Source: Thermoanaerobaculia bacterium
Lineage (GTDB): Bacteria > Acidobacteriota > Thermoanaerobaculia > Multivoradales > JAGPDF01
Reading direction: 5' to 3'
DNA: 64,000 nucleotides
Assembly (NCBI GenBank): GCA_039932315.1
Contig: JBDTQG010000001.1
Span: 10,232 to 74,231, forward strand
The notes under the pieces are model-generated. The model saw only the letters and a program-made list of their open reading frames with translations, ran no database searches and was not told the origin of the DNA. Below are positions 1 to 8,711 of this stretch, piece by piece (within the stretch, counting starts at the first letter, position 1; the number at the start of each line of letters is the position of its first letter). The translations under genes were made by a program, and so were the position numbers.

Positions 1-1297
1 GGCCGAGCCGGGCAGCTTTCCGTGCGAGATCGCGGGCGCCGCTCTCGAGCTCGGAGCGCAGCAACGTCGTCCGCGGTGCGGTGCGGGCCGCCTCGAGTGC
101 TGCCGGGAGCGCCGCCGTGAGCGCGGCGCCGACGCCGAGGGCCACCCCTTTGGCGAGCGACAGCGGCGAGATGGCGAAACTGCCCGCGGCGAGAGTGAAA
201 TAGAGATCGCGGATCGTCTGCAGCACGAGCGTCATCAGGCCGCGACCGAGGACGACTCCGACGACCAGGCCGAGAACGCTTCCCACCAAACCGAGGACCG
301 CGGCCTCGGAAAGGACGAGCGAAAGAATCTCACCGCGCCGGACTCCGATCGCGCGCAGCCGGCCGAAGAGCTCCCGACGCTGGACGACCGAGAACGTCAT
401 CGTGTTGTAGATCAGAAACGTGCCACAGAGCAGCGCGAGAAGCGAAAGCGCGCGCAGATTGAAGCGGAAGGCGCGCGTCATCTGCTCGAGCGCCGCCGGC
501 CGCGAGCTGGCGCGCGAAAGGCGCACTCCCGGCGGCAAGAGGGCTCGAATATCGCGTCGCAGCTCCTCGCCTTTCTCGCCCTCGGGAAGCGTGAGATCGA
601 TGCGCGTGAGCTTTCCCGGCAGCTCGAGAATCTCCTGCGCAGTCGCGATGTCGACGAGCGCGACCCGCCGGAGTGCCTCCTTCGCAGCGGCGTCGGGAGG
701 ATCGAGAATGCCGACGAGGCGGAGCTCGGCACGACGGCCGCCGACCTGAATGCCAATGCGCCCGTCGAGCGCAACGCCGAGCTCCTTCGCGGTCGCGCGA
801 TCGAGGAGAACGGCCCCGGGCAGGGTGAGAAAACGCAGCAGGTCGATGCCTCCGGCCGCTGCATTCGTGCCCGCGCTGCCCCCAAACGCTCCTCCCAGGG
901 AGCGCCGCAGCGCAACTTCGCTCCACGGGTCGACCCCGAGCAGGCGGAGGATCCGGCCGTGTTCGCGATCGGCGGGCGCACCGCTTTGAGCCGGCGGAAC
1001 CACGACGACGTCTTCGACGACCGGCGCAGAGGCGCGCACACCGGGAGCGCTCGCGGTGCCGAGGCGCAGGCGCGCGAACACGGCTTCGTCGAAACCGTTC
1101 GAGTCCCCGGCGATCTGGTCGGTGACGCGACCGGCGGTAGCGTCCGTTGCGACGGCGAAGGAGCGCGTTGCGCTCTCGTTGGCGAGATCGATGGCCACGA
1201 CGACCGCGACACCGAGCGCGATTCCCGCGAGCGCGAGACCGAACTGCGCCGGATGCCGCAGGTGGTAACGCCGGCCGGCGCGTCCCAGCAGGCTCAA
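1..1297 (-). CDS. ABC transporter permease, FtsX/MacB-LolE-like; 3' part runs off the window start
   Basis: This gene is absent from the ORF track because it leaves the window. Manual minus-strand translation gives [47 protein letters not shown]... and later ...FRFNLRALSLLALLCGTFLIYNTMTFSVVQRRELFGRLRAIGVRRGEILSLVLSEAAVLGLVGSVLGLVVG..., which are typical FtsX-domain helices. The TTG start overlaps the ATPase stop (TTGA at 1294-1297). Confidence 0.8.
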   Translation of the reverse strand, partial: MSLLGRAGRRYHLRHPAQFGLALAGIALGVAVVVAIDLANESATRSFAVATDATAGRVTDQIAGDSNGFDEAVFARLRLGTASAPGVRASAPVVEDVVVVPPAQSGAPADREHGRILRLLGVDPWSEVALRRSLGGAFGGSAGTNAAAGGIDLLRFLTLPGAVLLDRATAKELGVALDGRIGIQVGGRRAELRLVGILDPPDAAAKEALRRVALVDIATAQEILELPGKLTRIDLTLPEGEKGEELRRDIRALLPPGVRLSRASSRPAALEQMTRAFRFNLRALSLLALLCGTFLIYNTMTFSVVQRRELFGRLRAIGVRRGEILSLVLSEAAVLGLVGSVLGLVVGVVLGRGLMTLVLQTIRDLYFTLAAGSFAISPLSLAKGVALGVGAALTAALPAALEAARTAPRTTLLRSELESGARDLARKAARLG

Positions 1298-2022
1298 GTG
1301 GACGGCGGTCCGCTGCCGGGTTGCATGCCCGCGGCGGGCCGCTCGACGAGCTTGCCGTGATCGAGAGTCAGGAGCCGGTCGGCGAGGCCCATGACCTCGG
1401 GGCTGTGGGTCACCATGACCATCGTCTTTCCCGCGCGGCGCGTCAGGCGATCGAGGAGCTCGAGAACCTCGAGGCCCGTTTCGAGGTCGAGGTTTCCGGT
1501 CGGTTCGTCGGCGAGAACGAGCGCCGGATCGGCGGAGAGGGCGCGCGCAACCGCGACGCGCTGCTGTTCGCCGCCCGAGAGCCGATCGGGAAATTGACCG
1601 GCGCGGTCTGCCAGCCCGACCTCCGCGAGCAACGCCAGCGCGCGCTCCCGGCCGGCCTTCGTCGCACCGCCGGCAAGGTCGAGAGGCAGCAGCAGATTCT
1701 CTTCGACGGTGAGCGTCGGCACGAGATTGAAGAACTGAAACACGAATCCGATGCGGTCCCGGCGGGCGATCGTGCGCTGGTCCTCGGTCATCGTCGAGTA
1801 GGCGCGGCCCTCGAGGAGCACTTCGCCGGCGGTCGGAAGATCGATTCCGGCGATGAGATTGAGCAGGGTCGACTTGCCGGATCCGCTGCGGCCCAGAAGA
1901 ACGACGAGCTCTCCGTGAGCGATGGTGCAGGAGACGCCGTCGAGGACGACGCGCCGACGCCCGGCTTCGATGAAGCTCTTCTCGATCCCGCGCAGTTCGA
2001 TGAGAGGTGGCGCGGCGGTCAC
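1294..2022 (-). CDS. ABC transporter ATP-binding protein (MacB/LolD type)
   Basis: The 242-aa ORF has Walker [10 protein letters not shown], signature [15 protein letters not shown] and Walker [13 protein letters not shown]. The start is GTG. Confidence 0.92.
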   Translation of the reverse strand: MTAAPPLIELRGIEKSFIEAGRRRVVLDGVSCTIAHGELVVLLGRSGSGKSTLLNLIAGIDLPTAGEVLLEGRAYSTMTEDQRTIARRDRIGFVFQFFNLVPTLTVEENLLLPLDLAGGATKAGRERALALLAEVGLADRAGQFPDRLSGGEQQRVAVARALSADPALVLADEPTGNLDLETGLEVLELLDRLTRRAGKTMVMVTHSPEVMGLADRLLTLDHGKLVERPAAGMQPGSGPPST

Positions 2023-2063
2023 GGGAGAACTCTACGGCACCCGACTGACGATAAACTAACGCG

Positions 2064-3011
2064 GTGGCGATCGAACTGAGCGAAGGGAGTGAAGTCGGAG
2101 CGCTCGGCGAGAGGACGTCGCCGGTCGCGTCGCGGGAAGAAGTCGCGGCCAGGGCCAGCTCGGACTGGATGCAGCTCGTCAAGCCGCGGATCACCCTGAT
2201 GGTGACGCTCACGACCGCTGCTGGATTCGCGCTCGCGAGCCAGCGGCCGCTCGATATGGCGGTCTTTGCAGCGACGCTCTTCGGCACGGCGCTCGTCGCC
2301 GCGGGATCGTCGGCGCTCAATCAGTGCGTCGAGCGCGAGAGCGACAAGCTCATGCGGCGGACCGCCACCCGGCCGCTTCCCGCCGGGCGGATGCAGCCTC
2401 TGCGGGCAGCGTTCTTCGGAGTGGCGCTCTCGATCGCGGGGCTCGCTGTGCTCTGGTTTCTGGTGAATCCGCTGACCGCGATGCTCGGCTTCGGGACGCT
2501 CGTCGCCTACGTCGCGATCTATACGCCGCTCAAGCGCAAAAGCTCGCTCGCCACACTCATCGGCGCGATTCCCGGCGCGGCGCCGCCGGTCATGGGATGG
2601 ACCGGCGCGAGCCACGAGATCGGCCTCGGCGGCTGGCTGCTCTTCGCGATTCTCTTTCTCTGGCAGCTGCCGCATTTTCTGGCCATCGCCTGGCTTTACC
2701 GCGACGACTATCGCCGCGCGGGCATGCCGCTTCTGACCGTCAACGACCCGGATGGCCGTGCGACCGGCCGGCAGGCGGTGCTCTATGCCCTGGCTCTCCT
2801 GCCCGTTTCGCTCATGCCGTCGGCGATCGGCATCACCGGCGCCGCGCATCTGGTCGGTGCGCTGCTTTTCGGCGGACTCTTTCTCGCCAGCGCCGTCTTC
2901 TTCGCCCGCCACCAGTCGGTCGCGACGGCACGCCGGCTGCTGCTGACCTCGGTTCTCTATCTGCCGGCGGTCTTCGGCGTGGCCGTTCTCGATCACCTGC
3001 TCTGGCGTTGA
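2064..3011 (+). CDS. ctaB: Protoheme IX farnesyltransferase (heme O synthase, UbiA family)
   Basis: The 315-aa ORF contains WMQLVKPRITLMV and NQCVERESDKLMRRTATRPLPAGR with multiple TM helices. The start is GTG. Confidence 0.88.
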   Translation: MAIELSEGSEVGALGERTSPVASREEVAARASSDWMQLVKPRITLMVTLTTAAGFALASQRPLDMAVFAATLFGTALVAAGSSALNQCVERESDKLMRRTATRPLPAGRMQPLRAAFFGVALSIAGLAVLWFLVNPLTAMLGFGTLVAYVAIYTPLKRKSSLATLIGAIPGAAPPVMGWTGASHEIGLGGWLLFAILFLWQLPHFLAIAWLYRDDYRRAGMPLLTVNDPDGRATGRQAVLYALALLPVSLMPSAIGITGAAHLVGALLFGGLFLASAVFFARHQSVATARRLLLTSVLYLPAVFGVAVLDHLLWR

Positions 3012-3604
3012 CCGGTCGCGCGGCGGGAAAGTCGGTGCTGTTCCTGGCCGCGGTGCTCGCCGGAGTCGGCGGGCTCGCCTGCCGGCAGGTCGAACCCCTG
3101 CCCGTGCTGACCCAGCTGCCGGAGTTCGCATTGCTCGAGCGCAGCGGCGCGGCGCTCAATCTCGCTTCGTTCGCCGGCCGGCCGGCGATCGTCGATTTCA
3201 TCTTCACGCGCTGTCCGGCCTCCTGCCCGCGGCTCACCGCGAAGATGAAGGAGCTCGCGCAGCGCATTCCGGCGGCTTCGAAGGTGCGACTCCTGTCGAT
3301 CTCCGTCGATCCCGACTACGACCGGCCGGATGTGTTGACGAGGTACGCCGAGCACTGGCAGGTCCAGGGAGATCGCTGGTGGTTTGCGACCGGCGATGGC
3401 GACGCCGTGGAGAAGTTGATCCGCGGCGGCTTCCTGCTTCCGGTCGAAGCGACGCCTGCGAACGCGACGTCGCCGATCCTGCACAGCAACCGCTTCGCGC
3501 TCGTCGATGGGCACGGCCGGCTGCGCGCGACCTACGAGGCGTTCGAAGAGCACGGTCTCGATCGTCTGCTCACCGATCTTGCGCGCGTCGAACGCGAACC
3601 GTAG
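3008..3604 (+). CDS. SCO1/SenC family copper chaperone / thioredoxin-fold protein
   Basis: The C-terminal ~199 codons of the 2324..3604 ORF contain an N-terminal TM segment, IVDFIFTRCPASCP (the CxxxC motif) and SVDPDYDRPDVL. The TTG start overlaps the ctaB stop (TTGA). The upstream part of the track ORF is out-of-frame overlap with ctaB. Confidence 0.85.
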   Translation: MTGRAAGKSVLFLAAVLAGVGGLACRQVEPLPVLTQLPEFALLERSGAALNLASFAGRPAIVDFIFTRCPASCPRLTAKMKELAQRIPAASKVRLLSISVDPDYDRPDVLTRYAEHWQVQGDRWWFATGDGDAVEKLIRGGFLLPVEATPANATSPILHSNRFALVDGHGRLRATYEAFEEHGLDRLLTDLARVEREP

Positions 3605-3619
3605 AACGGGGATCCGAGG

Positions 3620-4045
3620 ATGGGCCTGACACTTCGCGAACTGCCGACCCTGAACGCTGCGCTCAATGCGACGTCAGCCGTGCTGCTGGTGCTGGGATTC
3701 CTGTTCATCCGGGCGCGCCGGATCGATGCGCACCGCCGGACGATGCTCGCAGCCTTCACCTGCTCGATCGTCTTCCTGGTGTCCTATCTCGTCTACCACT
3801 TCCAGGTCGGTTCCGTGCGCTTCCCGGGCACCGGAACCGTGCGCACGGTTTATCTCGCGATCCTGCTGACGCACACCGTGCTCGCAGCGACGGTGCCCGT
3901 CCTCGCGACGATCACGCTCTTCCGCGGGCTCGCCCGGCGCTTCGACCGCCACCGCCGGATCGCGCGCTGGACCTTCCCGATCTGGCTCTACGTTTCGGTG
4001 ACCGGCGTGGTGGTCTACTGGATGCTCTACCAGACGAAGTACTGA
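3620..4045 (+). CDS. DUF420 membrane protein (cytochrome oxidase assembly context)
   Basis: The 141-aa ORF has four predicted TM helices and the pattern LNATSAVLLVLG...HRRTMLAAF...YLVYH...FPIWLYVSVTGVVVYWMLY. It follows ctaB and SCO1. Confidence 0.78.
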   Translation: MGLTLRELPTLNAALNATSAVLLVLGFLFIRARRIDAHRRTMLAAFTCSIVFLVSYLVYHFQVGSVRFPGTGTVRTVYLAILLTHTVLAATVPVLATITLFRGLARRFDRHRRIARWTFPIWLYVSVTGVVVYWMLYQTKY

Positions 4046-4100
4046 GGAGCTCCGCGATGGAACGGCGAGTCTTCCCGGGCTCGAGCGCAAGGGGGTCTGA

Positions 4101-5159
4101 CTAGAAGATCCGCTTCTGGAGCTCGGTCACTTCGGTCTCCGTGCCCGAGATCGCCGCGCTCTCGCTGCCCGCGTCGCTGCCTTCCGGCGATTCGGCGCTC
4201 CCGTCGCCTTCTCCCAGCCAGACGAAGCGCTCGAGGCTGCGGGCCCAGACGAAGCCCTTGCCGGTCTCCTTCATGCCGCGAACGACGGCGAGCTTTGAAT
4301 CGAGATCGTCGATGGCATGGAGAGCGAAGCCTTCGGCGGTCATCGGCTCGACCGGAGAGGAGTACTCCTTCTTTCCCTGATGCGAAAGCACCAGATGCTC
4401 GAGCTGCAACCGGAGATCGGCGGGGAAACCGGGGATCGCCGCCGTGCGCTCGCGCACGAGGTCGCGGCCGATGACGATGTGCCCGACGAGGCGTCCCACC
4501 GGCGTGTACTCGTTGTCGGGCATCGCTCCCAGCTCCTGGAGCTTACCCAAGTCGTGGAAAAGAACTCCGAGCATCATGAGGTCGCGATCGAGCTCGGCGT
4601 AGTGATCGCAGAACTTGACCGCCAGCTCGATCATCGAGACGACGTGCTCGAGCAGTCCGCCGCGGAAGGCATGGTGGATCGCCTTGGCGGCCGGATGGAC
4701 CTTGAGCGCCGGACCGTAGATCTCGAGCGTTTCCGTCGCCAGACGTCGCATCTCCGGACGTGTCACTTCCTTCTCGAGCGTCGCGGTGAGGCGGGACCAC
4801 AGATCGTCGAGATCGAACTTCGTCGACGGCACGAGCTGTCCCTCGTCGAAGCCGTCCTTCACGTCCTCCGGAACGACGGGCCGGCACTGATCGACCTTGA
4901 TCTGCAGCTGATCGCGATAGCTCTGGACCTGGCCGCGGAATTTGACGAAGCCGCGCGCCGCGAAGGCGCTCGTGAGCGCTGAGCTGTCGGACCACGCTCG
5001 GCCGGTGATCGAGCCGGAGGAGTCGGCGAGCTCGAGGTCGAGGTAATCCCGGCCGCTCTTGTCCTGCCTTACCTCCTTGCGCTTCAAGAAAGCGAAGCCC
5101 TGCACGGAATCGCCGGCGTTCCAGGTGGCGATCAGCTGATTCTTCACGTTTGGAGACAT
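4101..5159 (-). CDS. YhaM-like 3'-5' exoribonuclease (OB fold plus HD domain)
   Basis: The 352-aa ORF has an N-terminal OB-like region (FAFLKRKEVRQDKSGRDYLDLELADSSGSI) and HD-domain motifs HHAFRGGLLEHV and LFHDLGK. Confidence 0.78.
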   Translation of the reverse strand: MSPNVKNQLIATWNAGDSVQGFAFLKRKEVRQDKSGRDYLDLELADSSGSITGRAWSDSSALTSAFAARGFVKFRGQVQSYRDQLQIKVDQCRPVVPEDVKDGFDEGQLVPSTKFDLDDLWSRLTATLEKEVTRPEMRRLATETLEIYGPALKVHPAAKAIHHAFRGGLLEHVVSMIELAVKFCDHYAELDRDLMMLGVLFHDLGKLQELGAMPDNEYTPVGRLVGHIVIGRDLVRERTAAIPGFPADLRLQLEHLVLSHQGKKEYSSPVEPMTAEGFALHAIDDLDSKLAVVRGMKETGKGFVWARSLERFVWLGEGDGSAESPEGSDAGSESAAISGTETEVTELQKRIF

Positions 5160-5257
5160 GGTCTGGGCACCTTCGAGAGAGAAGAGCGGCGAGTATAGTC
5201 GGCGCGCGCGGGCTGGTACACGACTTGCTGCGCCCCTCCCGAACCCGAGGACTTGTC

Positions 5258-7942
5258 ATGCGCGCCATCCGCCATCGATCCCGCCTTTTTCTCTCTCTGA
5301 CGCTCATGCTGTCGTCTGGGCTCGCGGCGCTTGCCATCGCATCTCCGGAGCCGGCGAAGCCGCCCGCTGCGAACGCTCCGGCGCCAGCCACCTCTGTACC
5401 GCCCGTGGCTTCGGCACCCGCGATCGCGCCGGCGTCGATGTCGGCAGTTGCGGCATCTGCGACCGCCGCGGCGCCTGCAGTCGTTCTCGTGTCGCCCGAG
5501 GTGTTGCAGAAGGAGGCCGTGCGCGAATTTCTCGACGAGGGTCCGGGTCTCCTCCTCGGACCGGTCGAACGCGCGCGCATCGCGGCTCTGCCGGCCGCGG
5601 AAGCGGCCGCCGCGGCAAACGCTTTCTTCGCCCGGGATCCCCTCCCCGAAACGGCCGGGAACGAGCTCGTTCAGGGCGTCGCGCAACGCCGTCTCCTCCT
5701 GCAGAGTGAAGGTCTCTCGCTGCGCGATGCGCGGGGTCAGGTGCTCTTCCTGCAGGGGGAGCCGCGCGAAAAGCTCAAGGTCGAATGCGGCGACACGTTC
5801 CGGCCGCTCGAAATCTGGAGCTACGGCACGATCGAGGCGCCGCGCGATGCCGTGATCTACCGCGAACGGGCCGACGGCTTCTACGTGCTCTGGCATCCGA
5901 CCGATTCGAAGCGGAATCTCTACGTGCCCGAGATGGAGTACTACCTCGAGCAGTGGGAGGAGCTGCGTGGCCGGATCAGCGGCAAGCGCCCGGACCGCGT
6001 GCTCTGCAAGTCGAGCGAAGCGATCGACAAGATCACCGGCGTTTCTGGCCTGTTCGGATTTCAGAAAGACCGCATGACGGATGCCCAGGCGGACGCTTTC
6101 ACGGCGCCGCCGGCGGATCTCGGGGCATGGGCGCGCGAGGCGGCGGGGACCAAGATCGAAAAGCTCGCCGAGCGTCTGCCGGTGGAGTCGGTGGCTGTCA
6201 CCTTTCCGGAACGCCGCGATCAGCGGCTTCTCGCCCGCCTGCGGATCGTGCTGCCGGCGGGTGCCGGGCTCGCGGTCGCCGGCGAAGCCGGCAGTCGTGA
6301 ATCTCGCCTGACGGTCGCCGGCCGCATCGAGCTTGCCGGGGCGCCGTTCGAAGAGTTCCGCAACCGCTTCGTGCTGCCGCCTCCCGCGGAGACGACGCCG
6401 GTCGTCCTGGTGACCGAGCGCCTGCTCCGTCCGGGCGGCCCCTACGTGCTGGCTCTCGAAGTCCGCGACGAGGTTTCCGGGAAGACCGCCTGGCTCTCGC
6501 AGGGGTTCACGGTTCCCGCGCAGCCGCTGGCCGAGCCCGAAACCAAAATCGCCGGCGCCCAGGAGGTCATCGGGGAGGAGACCGGCCTGACGAAGGTCGG
6601 AGCCAAGGATGCGCTCCTCCTGCTGCCGCCCCTTTCCGATGTCGTCTTCGGCCTCTGGCGCGCCGAGGCGATCGTCGCCGGCGATCGCGTCCACAAAGTC
6701 GCTTTCTACGTCAACGGACAGCGCCAGCTGGTGCGGACTTCGGCGCCGTGGACGGCGGAGCTGCGATTGCCGAATCTGCCGACGGAGCTCGTCGTCCGTG
6801 CTGAGGGCATGGACGACAAGGACGCCGTCGTCGTCGCCGATGAGGTCGTCCTCAACGAGCCGCAGGGCGAGGCCAAGGTCCGATTGCTTCAGCCTCCGCG
6901 GGGCAAACGGGTCGTCGGTGCTTCCGTCGCGCGGGCCGCGATCGTCGTTCCCGAGGGCAAACGCATCGAGTCGGTCGAGTTCCGGCTCAATGACACCGTG
7001 ATCGCGACGCTGACCCAGCCGCCATGGGAGACGCCGTTCGTCGCGCCGTCGACGAACGATCCGGTTTACCTGACGGTCGCCGCCACCTACGTCGACGGCA
7101 CCCGCGTCGAGGATTTTCGCGTGCTCTCGGGCGACGCCTTCCTCGAGCAGGTCGACGTCGATCTGGTCGAGATCTTCGCCACCGTCTATGACAAGACAGG
7201 GCGGCTGGCGGAGAACCTCACCGAAGGCGACTTCGAGATTCTCGATCGCGGGAAGAAGCAGACGATCGCCAAGTTCGAGCTCGTCAAGGACCTGCCGCTT
7301 TCGGTCGGACTGGTGCTCGACACCTCAGGGTCGATGCGCGAGTCGATCGGCGAAGCGAAGCGCGCCGCGAGCGAGTTCCTCTCGGCCGTCGTCCGTCCGA
7401 CCGATCGCTGCTTCGCGGTCGGTTTCGCGGACCGGCCGCAGCTGCTCATGCCGCTCACTCCGGACGTCCAGGCGGTGCAGATCGCTTTCCGCGATCTGCC
7501 GGCGGTCGGCAATACGGCGCTTCACGACGCGATGGTCTTCGCGCTCTACCAGTTGCGCGGAATTCGCGGTCGCAAGGCGATCGTGCTGCTCTCGGATGGC
7601 GACGACACGTCGAGCCTCGTCTCCTACGACGATGCCCTCGAGTTCTCGCGTCGCAGCGGCGCGGCGATCTACACCATCGGCCTGAACGTCGGCGGCGCGC
7701 AGCTCTCGATCCGCGGCAAACTCGAGAAGCTCGCTTCGGAAACCGGCGGCAGGTCGTTCTTCGTCTCGAAGGCGGAGGAGCTCTCGAGCGTCTATTCCGA
7801 GATTTCGCGCGAGCTGCGGAGCCAGTATCTGCTGGCTTTTGCGCCGAATCCGCCGGGGAAGGAAGGCGTCTTCTCGACGGTCGAGGTCAAAGCGCAGGGC
7901 GGCAAGTTGAAGACGCGCGCGCCGCGGGGCTACTATCCGTAG
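5258..7942 (+). CDS. Secreted VWA-domain protein, VWFA-related Acidobacterial type
   Basis: It lies in frame with the 5150..7942 ORF. The ATG at 5258 gives the signal peptide MRAIRHRSRLFLSLTLMLSSGLAALAIA. The C-terminal VWA domain has a MIDAS motif (VLDTSGSM) plus LLSDGDDTSS and ends RAPRGYYP. Confidence 0.8.
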   Translation: MRAIRHRSRLFLSLTLMLSSGLAALAIASPEPAKPPAANAPAPATSVPPVASAPAIAPASMSAVAASATAAAPAVVLVSPEVLQKEAVREFLDEGPGLLLGPVERARIAALPAAEAAAAANAFFARDPLPETAGNELVQGVAQRRLLLQSEGLSLRDARGQVLFLQGEPREKLKVECGDTFRPLEIWSYGTIEAPRDAVIYRERADGFYVLWHPTDSKRNLYVPEMEYYLEQWEELRGRISGKRPDRVLCKSSEAIDKITGVSGLFGFQKDRMTDAQADAFTAPPADLGAWAREAAGTKIEKLAERLPVESVAVTFPERRDQRLLARLRIVLPAGAGLAVAGEAGSRESRLTVAGRIELAGAPFEEFRNRFVLPPPAETTPVVLVTERLLRPGGPYVLALEVRDEVSGKTAWLSQGFTVPAQPLAEPETKIAGAQEVIGEETGLTKVGAKDALLLLPPLSDVVFGLWRAEAIVAGDRVHKVAFYVNGQRQLVRTSAPWTAELRLPNLPTELVVRAEGMDDKDAVVVADEVVLNEPQGEAKVRLLQPPRGKRVVGASVARAAIVVPEGKRIESVEFRLNDTVIATLTQPPWETPFVAPSTNDPVYLTVAATYVDGTRVEDFRVLSGDAFLEQVDVDLVEIFATVYDKTGRLAENLTEGDFEILDRGKKQTIAKFELVKDLPLSVGLVLDTSGSMRESIGEAKRAASEFLSAVVRPTDRCFAVGFADRPQLLMPLTPDVQAVQIAFRDLPAVGNTALHDAMVFALYQLRGIRGRKAIVLLSDGDDTSSLVSYDDALEFSRRSGAAIYTIGLNVGGAQLSIRGKLEKLASETGGRSFFVSKAEELSSVYSEISRELRSQYLLAFAPNPPGKEGVFSTVEVKAQGGKLKTRAPRGYYP

Positions 7943-7946
7943 GACG

Positions 7947-8669
7947 ATGAGCTCCTTCGACAGAGATTCCTTCTCGACACTGCGGGCTGCGTTAGTGACT
8001 GTCGCGGGCCTTTTCGCGGCCGTCGCGCCGCCGGTCGCAGCCCAGACATTCACTCCCACGCCGGCGGACTTTCGCTTCGAGAGTCTGAACCGTTCCTACA
8101 CCGACTTCATCCACGAGCTGTCGCCGATCGAAGAGGGAGGAATGACGATTCAGCTCACCTCTCCTTCGCAGACGTTGCTGCTTCGCGACCATCGGATCCG
8201 CCTCTATCCGGTCTCGGCGGAGCCCGACGGCGAGTTCTCGGGGCAGGTGGAGCTCGACGTTCAGGGGAAGGGCGGAATGATCATCGACCTCGCGATGGGG
8301 CCGATCGCCCGCCGGATCACCGACGAGATCGTCATTCCACCGCAGACGATTCGCCTCGCGGGCCGGGTGCGGATTCAGCGCGTGGGCGACGGCTATGAAG
8401 TCGTTCCGGAGCGTCTTCCGAAGACGGTCGAAGTGACGATGCAGTCGAAGGGAATCAACCAGATTCTGGCGCTCTGCGATCAGGCGGCGACGCTGACGAT
8501 GGGCGCCGTCGATTGCTCCGGCCTGGCGGCGGCGCTCACCAAGCCCGGCATTCCGATTCCGGGCGGCGATCTGACGTTTCATCTCGGCGACGATGTCCTG
8601 AGCGCTGCCGACCGCGCCCGCCTCGACGCACTACTGCCGCCGCCACCGCCACCCTCCGCCACCCCCTGA
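7947..8669 (+). CDS. Hypothetical secreted protein
   Basis: The 240-aa ORF lies 4 nt after the VWA gene. It has a signal-like N-terminus (LVTVAGLFAAVAPPVAAQ) and a Pro-rich C-terminus. I recognise no family. Confidence 0.6.
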   Translation: MSSFDRDSFSTLRAALVTVAGLFAAVAPPVAAQTFTPTPADFRFESLNRSYTDFIHELSPIEEGGMTIQLTSPSQTLLLRDHRIRLYPVSAEPDGEFSGQVELDVQGKGGMIIDLAMGPIARRITDEIVIPPQTIRLAGRVRIQRVGDGYEVVPERLPKTVEVTMQSKGINQILALCDQAATLTMGAVDCSGLAAALTKPGIPIPGGDLTFHLGDDVLSAADRARLDALLPPPPPPSATP

Positions 8670-8711
8670 TTTCCGTGCGGCGCGCGGGCTCGAACCCAGC
8701 CCGGGCGACCT

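Noticed and set aside
2324-3007. The N-terminal 228 codons of the 426-aa ORF 2324..3604. N-terminal extensions of other ORFs (24132..25289, 52831..53448, 49017..49904, 16823..17842, 37890..38366) are treated the same way
   Set aside because: These segments overlap upstream genes in a different frame and translate to Arg/Ala/Pro-rich low-complexity sequence. The recognisable domain begins only at the downstream start, which sits in an NTGA overlap or after an SD.
8681-8705. A tRNA-like T-arm motif. On the minus strand it reads GGGTTCGAGCCC, and shadow ORFs translate it as RAGFEPAR
   Set aside because: Only ~43 nt separate the flanking genes. With canonical T-arm numbering only 3 of 5 stem pairs form. 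There is no acceptor stem, anticodon arm or CCA context. It is better explained as a 6-bp hairpin (cgggct / agcccg) between convergent genes. I found no matching repeat elsewhere in the window that would suggest an att site.
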